64,000 nucleotides of DNA from Macrostomum lignano (taxonomy: Eukaryota): the NCBI GenBank assembly GCA_002269645.1, contig NIVC01000505.1, positions 124,001 through 188,000 on the forward strand. Direction: 5' to 3'. Positions 21,642 through 35,544 of the stretch are shown here, piece by piece. The notes beneath the pieces were generated by a model. That model saw nothing but the letters and a program-made list of their open reading frames with translations. It was not told the origin of the DNA and made no database searches. A program made the position numbers and the translations under genes. Within the stretch, counting starts at the first letter, position 1. The number at the start of each line of letters is the position of its first letter.

Positions 21642-21737
21642 CGAAAAATGCCCAAACTCGCAAGCCGCATCAAATGCTGTTCGGCCATCTTCTGTTCGCA
21701 GCATCGGATCGGCATTGTTGCACAATAGTAGCTTCAC
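21642..21737 (-). CDS. CASKIN: Caskin exon 5, ankyrin repeat (VKLLLCNNADPMLRTEDGRTAFDAACEFGHFS)
   Basis: 96 nt; acceptor CAACAG, donor GTGAGT; ACEFG motif as in Caskin; phases 0/0. Confidence 0.9.
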
Positions 21738-21915
21738 CTGTTGGTTGTTTGTTGGTTATTAGCTATTGTTACAATCCATGTTGCATACTATAATAGTGAT
21801 AGTCTTTCTGTATTTGGCAATTTATAGAGCTTTAACTCCCGTCTTAGGTATTTAAAGCAAAGATCATATCGACAACATCAAAGGGGGTCTGCGGTGTGAT
21901 CAATAATTCTCTTAC

Positions 21916-22061
21916 CACATCGTAGTGTCCACCTTGGCAAGCGAGATGCAGCGGAGTCTGGCCGCCAGCGGCCACCGCGTTGATGGAGCTGTTCCATTTC
22001 AGCAGTAGGTGTACGGAGTCAAAATGACCCTGATAACTGGCCACGTGAAGTGGGGTCAGGC
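21916..22061 (-). CDS. CASKIN: Caskin exon 4, ankyrin repeats (LTPLHVASYQGH...GQTPLHLACQGGHYDV)
   Basis: 146 nt; acceptor CGGCAG, donor GTAAGA; two TPLH motifs; phases 1/0. Confidence 0.92.
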
Positions 22062-22126
22062 CTGCCGATTTACAATGCAGTTATTAATTATTGAATTGAT
22101 TAGTAAGCAATAATTTACATTCCGCT

Positions 22127-22346
22127 GACAGCTCAGCCGCAGCTATTGCGCGGCGCATCTGAAGGCTGCGTACGGCTGTTCAGTCCAAGGACTGGGAGTC
22201 ACCACACACACCCTCAATTACCCCAGCTAATGCTGGCACCCATTTTACAGCTGGGTGAACTGAAGCAATGCAGAGTTAAGTGTCTTGCTCAAGGACACAA
22301 ATTGTTCCGAATGGGTACGGTGCTCCAAGTTCTAACCACTAGGCCA
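22127..22346 (-). mobile_element. tRNA-derived CORE-type SINE, copy A (head partly deleted)
   Basis: Shares the GTGTCCTTGAGCAAGACACTTA...CTGTAAAATGGG core with copies B-D; A-box TGGCCTAGTGGTTAGA on minus strand. Confidence 0.8.
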
Positions 22347-22429
22347 CAAAGCCTTCCTTTGATGAACAGTTTATTTATAGGTTCAATCAGCGAGTCTTAA
22401 AATCTGCATGTTTTTTCGTCTCAATATAT

Positions 22430-22899
22430 ATACACTCAGCAACATTGAAAAGTTTCCACCCTCGCGCCAGCCGTGTATATTTAGAGTTTCAAAACTGGTT
22501 TTTGTCGCCAGACTTGTGCCATAGACGATTGATGATTTCGTCAACACGCACTTGCGTCATTGATGCTTCATGTGGTGGCGTGGGGAGCAGCGTCCTCCAA
22601 GACGACAACGCCCCACCGCATCGCGCAGCCGCTGTGGCGCATCTGAAGGAGCTGCTGCACCTGAACCTTGCGCTGGCCGTCCCGATCACCGGACATGAAT
22701 CCCATAGAGCACGTTTGAGATAACCCGAAGCGCTCGATTCGGTGCGACAACCCGCCGCAAAACGTTGCCCAACTGCGCGAATCACTGTAGAACTGCATGG
22801 CAACAACTACCGCAAGATTTTCTGCGACGCCTGGTTCTGGGGATGCCCCGGAGAGTGAGCGCTCTGCTGCACGCACGTGGCTGCTATACGCGTTACTGA
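22430..22899 (+). pseudogene. Tc1-family transposase remnant (C-terminal part, with stops and a frameshift)
   Basis: LQDDNAPPHRA (second D), WPSRSPDMNPIEHV* (E motif), WQQLPQDFLRRLVLGMPRRVSALLHARGCYTRY* (Tc1 C-terminus). Left end TA|CACTCAG at ~22430; right TIR not identified. Confidence 0.8.
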
Positions 22900-23719
22900 C
22901 CCTGTTCTGGGCAAGTTGTCACCCATGCTCGCGTACTTTGTTTCTTTGCTGCATGTTCCTTTGCTTCGTTCGAATCCGGATTATATATTTGTCTATCGCT
23001 CAAACCAAACATGTTTCGTCTATGGTAATTTCAGACTGTTCCGCTTAAATTTTCGTTCCAGACGTTTAGTCTATGGCCATCATTTGGCTTGCGCCAAGTG
23101 GAAAATGCCTATGACACAAATCCCTAGAATCACTCAGTGAACAATTCCCGTCTGGGAAGTTGTGTCCTAGCCGTTTTGAATTGGTTTTTGGACGAAACTA
23201 GACACAATTTCACTATCGAGAGTTCACGCCTCACACACAACTATCATAGCGTCGAGGCCGGTAACCTCTTGATAATCATACATTGCAACGAACCTAGCCA
23301 AAAGTTCTGCTTATTCTGGATAAGACATTCCGCACTAATTTCATTGAATAACAGCAAACGGTTGGGAAGGTCTTTCGCTTTACGTAGTTAAATTGTTTCT
23401 TTGTCCTAAGATTCTCAATCTTCATTGGGCAAAACCTATAAAAGACAGCATTTTACATGTTACATGTGAAGTTTTCTTTGTCTCTCTCAAATCTCTTGAC
23501 TGACTGACAATGTCTTTTGTTGCCGTTGCCTGTTGTGAAACCTCTCCAATTGATGTATTCAGCCTAGAAAACACAGCACTGTACTTTCGCGTATCAATGC
23601 GTTTTCGAGAAAATTTATATTAAAAATTCCTTCGATGATGTGGCCCTTCCTGTCTGGCTCTTGTCTTATGTTTTACACAAATATTAAAGGTGCTAAAACG
23701 TACAGAAACAGGCTCATAC

Positions 23720-23817
23720 CTCTGGAATCCTGCAGTTCCACTCTGCCTCCGTGCTCAAGCAGAACTTGCAACATCTGAGGACTACCAGTGAAAGCGGCCT
23801 GATGCAGAGCTGACATG
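23720..23817 (-). CDS. CASKIN: Caskin exon 3, ankyrin repeat (MSALHQAAFTGSPQMLQVLLEHGGRVELQDSR)
   Basis: 98 nt; acceptor TTGCAG, donor GTATGA; ankyrin SALH motif; phases 2/1. Confidence 0.9.
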
Positions 23818-24409
23818 CTGCAATGGGACCAGATCGATAAACATAAATTAGCTTGTTAGAACTTATAAATCTGTCAGAGAAAGTTGCAGATTTTTATCTG
23901 CATAGCAGCACAAGATTTCTGCCCAAACTGTAAAAAAATACAACGGTTTGAAGGGCCAACCAGAAACCATGGGGCTGGTAACCAATCCGTTTGCTTGCAA
24001 GTCTTTCATTCCTTGGTCTTTTTTCACCATATCATGCGCTTAGGTCTTCAATCTGGATTCTGAGGATTTGAAAGCTTCATCAACATTAAAACTAAAATTG
24101 CATACTGCAAAACTTTTCATTTCTGTCATTTTGAAAATAGAAGCCTGTGTACTTTTAAACTTTTTTTCCTAACTGAAATCGGATTGTGACTCGAGAGTGC
24201 TAATGGATTTTAGTGAATGCGACTTAGGCATTAAGCTTTGTTCGCTGATGGAGCTGATCGAACCGCTAATCCAGCTCAATATAGTAATTACTCAGAATTC
24301 AAGCCACCGATTTGAAACTGTCTTAAAATAGGTGACAAATTATCACTAAGAATTTATGCCAGCCTTGTATAGGACTCCGTAAAGCGTGTCAAAAAAGTCC
24401 CATCATCAA

Positions 24410-24532
24410 TCAGCAGACATCTCATCATCAATCAGCTGATATCCCATCATCAATCAGCAGATATACCATTATCAATCATTAAATATCCCATCATCAATCA
24501 GCAGATATCCCATCATCAATCAGCAGATATCC
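24410..24532. repeat. ~23-bp repeat CCCATCATCAATCAGCAGATAT
   Basis: About 5 units. Confidence 0.75.
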
Positions 24533-25129
24533 ATGGATTTAAGTAATAATATATTTACAAAAATTTTACTAAATATTGCAGGCTTCACCACATCACAGCT
24601 CTATTAATGCAATGGTTACTGGTTACTTAACTTTTGGCTGACACTGAAACGAGAAAATGAAACTAGTCAAGAAGCAATATACAGCAGCAGACTGAAGCTG
24701 AATGTATATCTAAATATATATATGCAGCTCCCAGCCTCTCTAGGGAGAAATAATTTAGGGAGAATTTCTGTCCATCAGCACTTCCCCATCGGAAAGTCAT
24801 CATGGAATTCGAGCTATTTTCGATACAAATTCCTCATGGTTGAAACCATGCAACATCATTGCTGGATGGGAAAAATGAACACAACAATATGCTTATCCTC
24901 TGCGCCACCGAAAATGAAAGTTAAAAGTGGTGTGTGAGTCACCGGGCCATCCGGGTTGAACTGCTGCTAGCAATACAGGGTCACTACAGAATCGTTTCAA
25001 CCTTTATTTCGTTTCAATTATTTATATGTATCGGAAAAGCGCTTCAATTTGTATTGATGCTGGGATTGTGTCTCATCTTTTCTAATCTAGTTCTTGACTT
25101 TGTCTCCGATATCTATCTCTCACCTGGGA

Positions 25130-25915
25130 TGTCCATCTCCCATCTCTATCCCTGATCAATCTTCCATCTCTATCTCATATCAATCTCCCATCTCTATCTC
25201 ATATCAATCTCCCATCTCTATCTCATATCAATCTCCCATCTCTATCTCATATCAATCTCCCATCTCTATCTCATATCAATCTCCCATCTCTATCCCATAT
25301 CAGTCTCTCATCTCTATCCCATATCAATCTCTCATCTCTACATCATCAATCTCTCATCTCTACATCATCAATCTCTCATCTCTATCCCATATCAATCTCT
25401 CATCTCTATCCCATATCAATCTCTCATCTCTACATCATCAATCTCTCATCTCTATCCCATATCAATCTCTCATCTCTATCCCATATCAATCTCTCATCTC
25501 TATCCCATATCAATCTCTCATCTCTATCCCATATCAGTCTCTCATCTCTATCCCATATCAATCTCCCATCTCTATCCCATATCAGTCTCTCATCTCTATC
25601 CCATATCAATCTCTCATCTCCATCTCATATCAATCTCCCATCTCTATCCCATATCAGTCTCTCATCTCTATCCCATATCAATCTTTCATCTCTACATCAT
25701 CAATCTCTCATCTCCATCTCATATCAATCTCTCATCTCCATCTCATATCAATCTCTTATCTCCATCTCATATCAATCTCTCATCTCTATCTCATATCAAT
25801 CTCTCATCTCTATCCCATATCAATCTTTCATCTCTACATCATCAATCTCTCATCTCCATCTCATATCAATCTCTCATCTCTATCTCATATAAATCTCTCA
25901 TCTCTATCTCATTTC
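25130..25915. repeat. 24-bp minisatellite ATATCAATCTCTCATCTCTATCCC
   Basis: Directly visible. Confidence 0.9.
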
Positions 25916-26414
25916 GATCTCTTAAACCCCATCTCATTATAATCTCAAATCTTTCTACTGCAATAAGCTGAATGTTCGCCAACCAACTGCTCCATCTACT
26001 GTACTCAATTAACCTTCATTACACAAGAGCTACAAGTTGCCACACGAGAAAAAAAGCAGTCTTACAGAGCTTCTGCAAGGCAGAAAGAGTTCTGCCAAGT
26101 CCGTCTTCCAGTAGCCAACTGGAAATGTATTGATCTCTAGAAGCGAGTAAGTTTGCTCTGGTTGAAGTGTTTCACTGGTTGCTATTCCTCATCTGCCAAG
26201 TTAACCCTGTCTTCCTTGCCTTCCTTGCAAAAAATTCTCATTCTGCAGAAATTCTAGAGCAAAAAGCAAGCATAAATGTGAGCTGTCAATCAGAAGTATT
26301 TGCTACAATCCGATTGGCTATGAATGAGCAAGTGGGCACTGGATGAGGTATGTATGCTAACCTTAGTTGGGAATAGTGAAAGTTCTAGTTCTAATCCCTC
26401 TGAAGATAGTCTTG

Positions 26415-29400
26415 TCCTCAGTTTAGGCGCCATAGAATCCTCAGTTTAGGAGCCATAGAATCCTCAGTTTTAGAGCCATAGAATTCTCAGTTTAAGCGCC
26501 ATAGAGTCCTCAGTTTAAGCGCCATAGAATTCTCAGTTTAAGCGCCATAGAGTCCTCAGTTTAAGCGCCATAGAATCCTCAGTTTAAGCGCCATAGAATC
26601 ATCAGTTTAAGCGCCATAGAATCCTCAGTTTAAGCACCATAGAATCCTCAGTTTAAGCGCCATAGAATCCTCAGTTTAAGCGCCATAGAGTCCTCAGTTT
26701 TAGAGCCATAGAATCCTCAGTTTTAGAGCCATATAATCCTCAGTTTTAGAGCCATAGAATCCTCAGTTTAAGCACCATAGAATCCTCAGTTTAAGCACCA
26801 TAGAATCCTCAGTTTAAGCGCCATAGAATCCTCAGTTTAAGCACCATAGAATCCTCAGTTTAAGCACCATAGAATCCTCAGTTTAAGCGCTATAGAATCC
26901 TCAGTTTAAGCACCATAGAATCCTCAGTTTTAGAGCCATAGAATCCTCAGTTTTAGAGCCATATAATCCTCAGTTTTAGAGCCATAGAATCCTCAGTTTT
27001 AAAGCCATATAATCCTCAGTTTTAGAGCCATAGAATCCTCAGTTTAAGCGCCATAGAATCCTCAGTTTAAGCACCATAGAATCCTCAGTTTAAGCACCAT
27101 AGAATCCTCAGTTTAAGCACCATAGAATCCTCAGTTAAGGCGCCATAGAATCCTCAGTTTAAGCGCCATAGAGTCCTCAGTTTAAGCGCCATAGAATCCT
27201 CAGTTTAAGCGCCATAGAATCCTCAGTTTAAGCGCCATAGAATCCTCAGTTTAAGCACCATAGAATCCTCAGTTTAAGCGCCATAGAATCCTCAGTTTAA
27301 GCGCCATAGAGTCCTCAGTTTAAGCACCATAGAATCCTCAGTTTAAGCACCATAGAATCCTCAGTTTAAGCACCATAGAATCCTCAGTTTAAGCACCATA
27401 GAATCCTCAGTTTAAGCGCCATAGAATCCTCAGTTTAAGCACCATAGAGTCCTCAGTTTAAGCACCATAGAATCCTCAGTTTAAGCACCATAGAATCCTC
27501 AGTTTAAGCACCATAGAATCCTCAGTTTAAGCACCATAGAATCCTCAGTTTAGGCGCCATAGAATCCTCAGTTTAAGCACCATAGAATCCTCAGTTTAAG
27601 CACCATAGAATCCTCAGTTTAAGCACCATAGAATCCTCAGTTAAGGCGCCATAGAATCCTCAGTTTAAGCACCATAGAATCCTCAGTTTAAGCGCCATAG
27701 AATCCTCAGTTTAAGCGTCATAGAATCCTCAGTTTAAGCACCATAGAATCCTCAGTTTAAGCGCCATAGAGTCCTCAGTTTTAGAGCCATAGAATCCTCA
27801 GTTTTAGAGCCATATAATCCTCAGTTTTAGAGCCATAGAATCCTCAGTTTAAGCGCCATAGAGTCCTCAGTTTAAGCGCCATAGAATCCTCAGTTTAAGC
27901 GCCATAGAATCCTCAGTTTAAGCACCATAGAGTCCTCAGTTTAAGCACCATAGAATCCTCAGTTTAAGCACCATAGAATCCTCAGTTTAAGCACCATAGA
28001 ATCCTCAGTTTAAGCACCATAGAATCCTCAGTTTAAGCACCATAGAATCCTCAGTTAAGGCGCCATAGAATCCTCAGTTTAAGCACCATAGAATCCTCAG
28101 TTTAAGCGCCATAGAATCCTCAGTTTAAGCGTCATAGAATCCTCAGTTTAAGCACCATAGAATCCTCAGTTTAAGCACCATAGAATCCTCAGTTTAAGCG
28201 CCATAGAATCCTCAGTTTAAGCACCATAGAATCCTCAGTTTAAGCACCATAGAATCCTCAGTTTAAGCGCCATAGAATCCTCAGTTTAAGCACCATAGAA
28301 TCCTCAGTTTAAGCACCATAGAATCCTCAGTTAAGGCGCCATAGAATCCTCAGTTTAAGCACCATAGAATCCTCAGTTTAAGCGCCATAGAATCCTCAGT
28401 TTAAGCGTCATAGAATCCTCAGTTTAAGCACCATAGAATCCTCAGTTTAAGCACCATAGAATCCTCAGTTTAAGCGCCATAGAATCCTCAGTTTAAGCAC
28501 CATAGAATCCTCAGTTTAAGCACCATAGAATCCTCAGTTTAGGCGCCATAGAATCCTCAGTTTAAGCACCATAGAATCCTCAGTTTAAGCACCATAGAAT
28601 CCTCAGTTTAAGCACCATAGAATCCTCAGTTAAGGCGCCATAGAATCCTCAGTTTAAGCACCATAGAATCCTCAGTTTAAGCGCCATAGAATCCTCAGTT
28701 TAAGCGTCATAGAATCCTCAGTTTAAGCACCATAGAATCCTCAGTTTAAGCGCCATAGAGTCCTCAGTTTTAGAGCCATAGAATCCTCAGTTTTAGAGCC
28801 ATATAATCCTCAGTTTTAGAGCCATAGAATCCTCAGTTTAAGCGCCATAGAGTCCTCAGTTTAAGCGCCATAGAATCCTCAGTTTAAGCGCCATAGAATC
28901 CTCAGTTTAAGCACCATAGAGTCCTCAGTTTAAGCACCATAGAATCCTCAGTTTAAGCACCATAGAATCCTCAGTTTAAGCACCATAGAATCCTCAGTTT
29001 AAGCACCATAGAATCCTCAGTTTAAGCACCATAGAATCCTCAGTTAAGGCGCCATAGAATCCTCAGTTTAAGCACCATAGAATCCTCAGTTTAAGCGCCA
29101 TAGAATCCTCAGTTTAAGCGTCATAGAATCCTCAGTTTAAGCACCATAGAATCCTCAGTTTAAGCACCATAGAATCCTCAGTTTAAGCGCCATAGAATCC
29201 TCAGTTTAAGCGTCATAGAATCCTCAGTTTAAGCACCATAGAATCCTCAGTTTAAGCGCCATAGAGTCCTCAGTTTTAGAGCCATAGAATCCTCAGTTTT
29301 AGAGCCATATAATCCTCAGTTTTAGAGCCATAGAATCCTCAGTTTAAGCGCCATAGAGTCCTCAGTTTAAGCGCCATAGAATCCTCAGTTTAAGCGCCAT

Positions 29401-31198
29401 AGAATCCTCAGTTTAAGCACCATAGAGTCCTCAGTTTAAGCACCATAGAATCCTCAGTTTAAGCACCATAGAATCCTCAGTTTAAGCACCATAGAATCCT
29501 CAGTTTAAGCACCATAGAATCCTCAGTTTAAGCACCATAGAATCCTCAGTTAAGGCGCCATAGAATCCTCAGTTTAAGCACCATAGAATCCTCAGTTTAA
29601 GCGCCATAGAATCCTCAGTTTAAGCGTCATAGAATCCTCAGTTTAAGCACCATAGAATCCTCAGTTTAAGCACCATAGAATCCTCAGTTTAAGCGCCATA
29701 GAATCCTCAGTTTAAGCACCATAGAATCCTCAGTTTAAGCACCATAGAATCCTCAGTTTAAGCGCCATAGAATCCTCAGTTTAAGCGCCATAGAATCCTC
29801 AGTTTAAGCACCATAGAATCCTCAGTTTAAGCGCCATAGAATCCTCAGTTTAGGCGCCATAGAATCCTCAGTTTAAGCGCCATAGAGTCCTCAGTTTAAG
29901 CACCATAGAATCCTCAGTTTAAGCACCATAGAATCCTCAGTTTAAGCGCCATAGAATCCTCAGTTTAAGCGCCATAGAATCCTCAGTTTAGGCGCCATAG
30001 AATCCTCAGTTTAGGCGCCATAGAATCCTCAGTTTAAGCGCCATAGAATCCTCAGTTTAAGCGCCATAGAATCCTCAGTTTAGGCGCCATAGAATCCTCA
30101 GTTTAAGCACCATAGAATCCTCAGTTTAAGCACCATAGAATCCTCAGTTTAAGCACCATAGAATCCTCAGTTTAAGCGCCATAGAATCCTCAGTTTAAGC
30201 ACCATAGAATCCTCAGTTTAAGCGCCATAGAATCCTCAGTTTAAGCACCATAGAGTCCTCAGTTTAAGCACCATAGAATCCTCAGTTTAAGCACCATAGA
30301 ATCCTCAGTTTAAGCACCATAGAATCCTCAGTTTAAGCGCCATAGAATCCTCAGTTTAAGCGCCATAGAATCCTCAGTTTAGGCGCCATAGAATCCTCAG
30401 TTTAAGCACCATAGAATCCTCAGTTTAAGCGCCATAGAATCCTCAGTTTAAGCGCCATAGAGTCCTCAGTTTAAGCACCATAGAATCCTCAGTTTAAGCA
30501 CCATAGAATCCTCAGTTTAAGCGCCATAGAATCCTCAGTTTAAGCGCCATAGAATCCTCAGTTTAGGCGCCATAGAATCCTCAGTTTAGGCGCCATAGAA
30601 TCCTCAGTTTAAGCGCCATAGAATCCTCAGTTTAAGCACCATAGAGTCCTCAGTTTAAGCACCATAGAATCCTCAGTTTAAGCACCATAGAATCCTCAGT
30701 TTAAGCACCATAGAATCCTCAGTTTAAGCGCCATAGAATCCTCAGTTTAAGCGCCATAGAATCCTCAGTTTAGGCGCCATAGAATCCTCAGTTTAAGCAC
30801 CATAGAATCCTCAGTTTAAGCGCCATAGAATCCTCAGTTTAAGCGCCATAGAATCCTCAGTTTAGGCGCCATAGAATCCTCAGTTTAAGCACCATAGAAT
30901 CCTCAGTTTAAGCGCCATAGAATCCTCAGTTTAAGCGCCATAGAGTCCTCAGTTTAAGCACCATAGAATCCTCAGTTTAAGCACCATAGAATCCTCAGTT
31001 TAAGCGCCATAGAATCCTCAGTTTAAGCGCCATAGAATCCTCAGTTTAGGCGCCATAGAATCCTCAGTTTAGGCGCCATAGAATCCTCAGTTTAAGCGCC
31101 ATAGAATCCTCAGTTTAAGCGCCATAGAATCCTCAGTTTAAGCGCCATAGAATCCTCAGTTTAGGCGCCATAGAATCCTCAGTTTAAGCACCATAGAA
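26415..31198. repeat. 23-bp satellite CATAGAATCCTCAGTTTAAGC(A/G)C, about 4.8 kb
   Basis: Roughly 200 units with few variant types and duplicated blocks. Confidence 0.95.
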
Positions 31199-32617
31199 TT
31201 TTACTGACTACAACCTACAACCAAAGACTTTTCAGTAACTTTATCACTGGATTAAGAAGTCCTTAACTACATCCTTCAACAAGAGCTGAGTTACAACCTG
31301 AGTAGCAATGATGCTCACCGAGTCCTGCTGTCTATGGCGCCACCCAGCAAGCGAGCCTGGTGACATTTTCTACTATTGCAAACGCAATTACACGGCTTCC
31401 TTTTGTTTGCAACCGTGTTGCTGCTGCTGCTGCCGACAGTCCTGGACATGTCAGCTTTGGGAACTGATGGGACGAGTACAGATGAAAAAAATGTGTTGGG
31501 AGAGAGAATAGCAGATGATGAAGAATTGTACGAACTGTAGTTCAGTGGAGGAAATGATGTGGATAGCTGTGCAAATAGTTGGAGAATGAATTTTTAGCCA
31601 GCAACGGAGAATGAGCTGCGGGAGAGTGCTCAAATATCCTACTCAAAACCTCGGTTTCGTCCCCATAAATGGGAGTTGAAGCCTCATTGCGTGTCCCCGA
31701 GGGTTCTCAACCAATGAGGATCTAGCAGGCCTAGAGGATATTGCCAGTAAGATCTTCTCCGGGTCTTTCACACCATCTGCAGACTGCAGGCAAACCGCTA
31801 AACAGATCCGTTGTGTGTCATATTTGCTAGGAAAATAAGCTTTAACCCGATATAGTCTTAACTGGATCACGGAAATATGTTTATCCATCTGAGCTTATTT
31901 CAATCTATAATTTGGAGTATCTGAGCCACATAGAACAAATTAATTGCTTGTACAAATGCATGAGTTGTGTTTTCTAATTTCTGACACAGTTTCTGCTTTC
32001 TAGCACTGGCCGCAGGCCAAGCCAAGCCGCAAGTCAATGTTGGCCGACGAATGCTGAATGCTTGGCCCAGTATCTCACCATCATCCCGCCTGTCTGTCTC
32101 GCATTTCATCCCATCCATGCATTTCCTGTGCTTATCTCTGACAATACTCCGCCCAGCGCTATGCCGGCAGCTCTGGCAAGGGCCAGAAACGTCTCCTCCT
32201 AGAGGAGAGCCCCGCAGAGGAACAGGCGATGACAAGGCAATCATTGAAGACTGATGGCGAGGCCTGTAGCCGTAGGGTGTGTCAGAGTCTTAACAGCCCA
32301 AACAAGATGGATGCAAAGAACGAAAATGGAGAACAAGCATGCAAGAGAGAGAAATGAAGCAGAGCCAGCAGGCTGGGTTCAAGGCCAACAGATTAGATCA
32401 ACAGGGTTCGATTTATTGGAATCCGGTTTGAGCAGCTGTTGAGATGCATGCAGTGCTCATGCAGTTTGAGTCTATAGCTTAAGCCTTGAGTTCACGGCCC
32501 CATCCTCTACTGAATCGTGAGGTCAAGAAAATCTACTGCGCATAAATTAACATTCTGTTGGAAATGTTTTGATGCTTTTACATTTTTATAGAAATTTATC
32601 CTAGATAATGTCTTATG

Positions 32618-33828
32618 TTAGACACTGGAGTCTCATCTTAGACACTGGAGTCTCATCTTAGACACTGGAGTCTCATCTTAGACACTGGAGTCTCATCTTA
32701 GACACTGGAGTCTCATCTTAGACACTGGAGTCTCATCTTAGACACTGGAGTCTCATCCTAGACACTGGAGTCTCATCCTAGACACTGGAGTCTCATCTTA
32801 GACACTGGAGTCTCATCTTAGACACTGGAGTCTCATCTTAGACACTGGAGTCTCATCTTAGAGTTTTGTGTTGGCTAGAAGAGTCTCGTGTTGGATAGAA
32901 GAGTCTCCTGTTGGATAGAAGAGTCTCCTGTCAGATAGAAGAGTCTCGTGTTGGATAGAAGAGTCTCGTGTTGGATAGAAGAGTCTCGTGTTGGATAGAA
33001 GAGTCTCCTGTCAGATAGAAGAGTCTCGTGTTGGATAGAAGAGTCTCGTGTTAGATAGAAGAGTCTCCTGTCAGATAGAAGAGTCTCGTGTTGGATAGAA
33101 GAGTCTCCTGTCAGATAGAAGAGTCTCGTGTTGGATAGAAGAGTCTAGTGTTGGATAGAAGAGTCTCGTGTTGGATAGAAGAGTCTCGTGTTGGATAGAA
33201 GAGTCGCCTGTTGGATAGAAGAGTCTCGTGTTGGATAGAAGAGTCTCGTGTTGGATAGAAGAGTCTCGTGTTGGATAGAAGAGTCTCGTGTTGGATAGAA
33301 GAGTCTCGTGTTGGATAGAAGAGTCTCCTGTCAGATAGAAGAGTCTCGTGTTGGATAGAAGAGTCTCGTGTTAGATAGAAGAGTCTCCTGTCAGATAGAA
33401 GAGTCTCGTGTTGGATAGAAGAGTCTCGTGTTGGATAGAAGAGTCTCGTGTTGGATAGAAGAGTCTCCTGTTGGATAGAAGAGTCTCCTGTTGGATAGAA
33501 GAGTCTCTTGTTGGATAGAAGAGTCTCGTGTTGGATAGAAGAGTCTCGTGTTGGATAGAAGAGTCTCGTGTTGGATAGAAGAGTCTCGTGTTGGATAGAA
33601 GAATCTCCTGTTGGTTAGAAGAGTCTCGTGTTGGATAGAAGAGTCTCGTGTTGGATAGAAGAGTCTCCTGTTGGATAGAAGAGTCTCGTGTTGGATAGAA
33701 GAATCTCCTGTTGGTTAGAAGAGTCTCGTGTTGGATAGAAGAGTCTCGTGTTGGATAGAAGAGTCTCCTGTTGGATAGAAGAGTCTCGTGTTGGATAGAA
33801 GAGTATCGTGTTGGATAGACGAGTCTCA
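32618..33828. repeat. Two abutting 20-bp arrays: TTAGACACTGGAGTCTCATC and TTGGATAGAAGAGTCTCGTG
   Basis: Switch at ~32862-32870. Confidence 0.92.
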
Positions 33829-34118
33829 TATCTGACTAAGTCACCCTGTCAGCACAAATATAAAATAATGCTTATTAAACCTCAATAGCAGCAGTGGAAC
33901 GTATAGAATAGAAAGTATAGAATTTCTACAAAAAACAAGTTCGCAAAAAATTGGAAAACTGCGTGCACTTCGAGCAAAATGAATGCAGACCCACGCTTGC
34001 ATATTTTACACTGCAATTGAACAGTCTTACGCCTCTCATTAGAGTTTTACAGTCTCCCACTTTTCGCGTCCTGTCCCAGTTTTCAGCCCGAGTATGTTTG
34101 CAGTCTAGCAGCACTTAC

Positions 34119-34182
34119 CCGTTCCTCAGCTGCTGGTTCACGCCCAGTCTGTTACGCGACTTCGATGATCCAATTAGATATT
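34119..34182 (-). CDS. CASKIN: Caskin exon 2 (KYLIGSSKSRNRLGVNQQLRNG)
   Basis: 64 nt; acceptor TTCTAG, donor GTAAGT; phases 1/2 fit both neighbours; similar to Caskin KLLGSTKKINVNFQDPDG. Confidence 0.8.
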
Positions 34183-34286
34183 CTAGAATTTGAAATAGAA
34201 AACCATCATTACGCTGGGAAAAATTTGCTAAGAGTTTTACTATATATGCTACTGGTGCTAAGTAGAATGTAGCGCTAGTAGTTATA

Positions 34287-34379
34287 CGAGAGGTCGAAAA
34301 ACACTGGCCCGCGGGCCAGCGAAGCCCCCCTATCCGGCCATTGAGTCCTTCGAAACTTCACAATAGCAATCCGGCCCGC
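34287..34379 (+). mobile_element. hAT-like MITE end fragment
   Basis: GGCCCGCGGGCC motif typical of hAT/Charlie-type ends; homologous to 18488-18562. Confidence 0.4.
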
Positions 34380-34394
34380 TCTCTCCTCTCCCTT

Positions 34395-35000
34395 CTCTCT
34401 CTCTCCTCCCTCCTCTTTACGAGTACTTTTCTCTCTAATCTCCTCTTCTCTCTCCTCTACGAGTACTTTTCTCTCTAATCTCCTCTTCTCTCTCCTCTAC
34501 GAGTACTTTTCTCTCTAATCTCCTCTTCTCTCTCCTCTACGAGTACTTTTCTCTCTAATCTCCTCTTCTCTCTCCTCTACGCGTACTTTTCTCTCTAATC
34601 TCCTCTCTCCTCTCTCCTCTCTATGAGTACTCTTCTCTCTAATCTCCTCTTCTCTCTCCTCTATGAGTACTTTTCTCTCTAATCTCCTCTCTCCTCTCTC
34701 CTCTCTACGAGTACTCTTCTCTCTAATCTCCTCTCCTCTCTCCTCTCTACGAGTACTCTTCTCTCTAATCTCCTCTTCTCTCTCCTCTATGAGTACTTTT
34801 CTCTCTAATCTCCTCTCTCCTCTCTCCTCTCTACGAGTACTCTTCTCTCTAATCTCCTCTCCTCTCTCCTCTCTACGAGTACTCTTCTCTCTAATCTCCT
34901 CTTCTCTCTCCTCTACGAGTACTCTTCTCTCTAATCTCCTCTCCTCTCTCCTCTCTACGAATACTCTTCTCTCTAATCTCCTCTCTCCTCTCTACGAGTA
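34395..35000. repeat. ~40-bp CT-rich minisatellite (CTCTCTAATCTCCTC...CTACGAGTACT)
   Basis: Directly visible. Confidence 0.85.
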
Positions 35001-35544
35001 CTCTTCTCTCTACTCTTCGATTCCTTCTTCCTCTCCTCCTCTTTTCTCCTTCCTCCACTCTCCTCTATTCTCTCCTCGTTCTTATCTTTTATCTCTCTTC
35101 TCTCATCTCATATCTCATCTCATCTCCTGTCTCACATCTCCTCTCTTCTCTCTTCTCTCTCATTTGCTCTCTTATCTCGGTCGCAGCCATCAGCTAGATT
35201 CTTCATCTGGCTCTTGACGTTAAAATTTTTTGCAACCCCCGACTGCATTAAAAGAGTCGTTAATGCAAGATAAAAAATATTTGGTCGTCTACAGTATTTA
35301 GTCTCAATTTCTACTTCAATGTTTACGAAACACTGAGTGAATTGGAAGGCCAGCAAAATTAAGCTTAACATGTACTTTTTACCATTTATTAATTGGTCAA
35401 GAAATTGACCTTTGGGGTCTCATGCTCCTTCATTCATTCAGCTTCATTACTTAGACAAATAGAAGTATATAAAGTAGAATTGAGAAAACCGGAACTCAAG
35501 CAAATGGAACTATTAAGAAAGGCAACTAAGAGCGTAGAGCTTCC

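Noticed and set aside
26415-31198. CRISPR-like regular array (also considered for 49725-54135, 54870-55500, 63345-64000)
   Set aside because: Head-to-tail tandem units with no unique spacers, no cas genes, and a spliced eukaryotic context.
23880-32300. Decayed minus-strand coding-like segments between the satellites (about 23880-24390, 26040-26270, 31640-31890)
   Set aside because: Multiple stops and no motif I could recognise. Possibly an old mobile element, but unassignable without a translated search.
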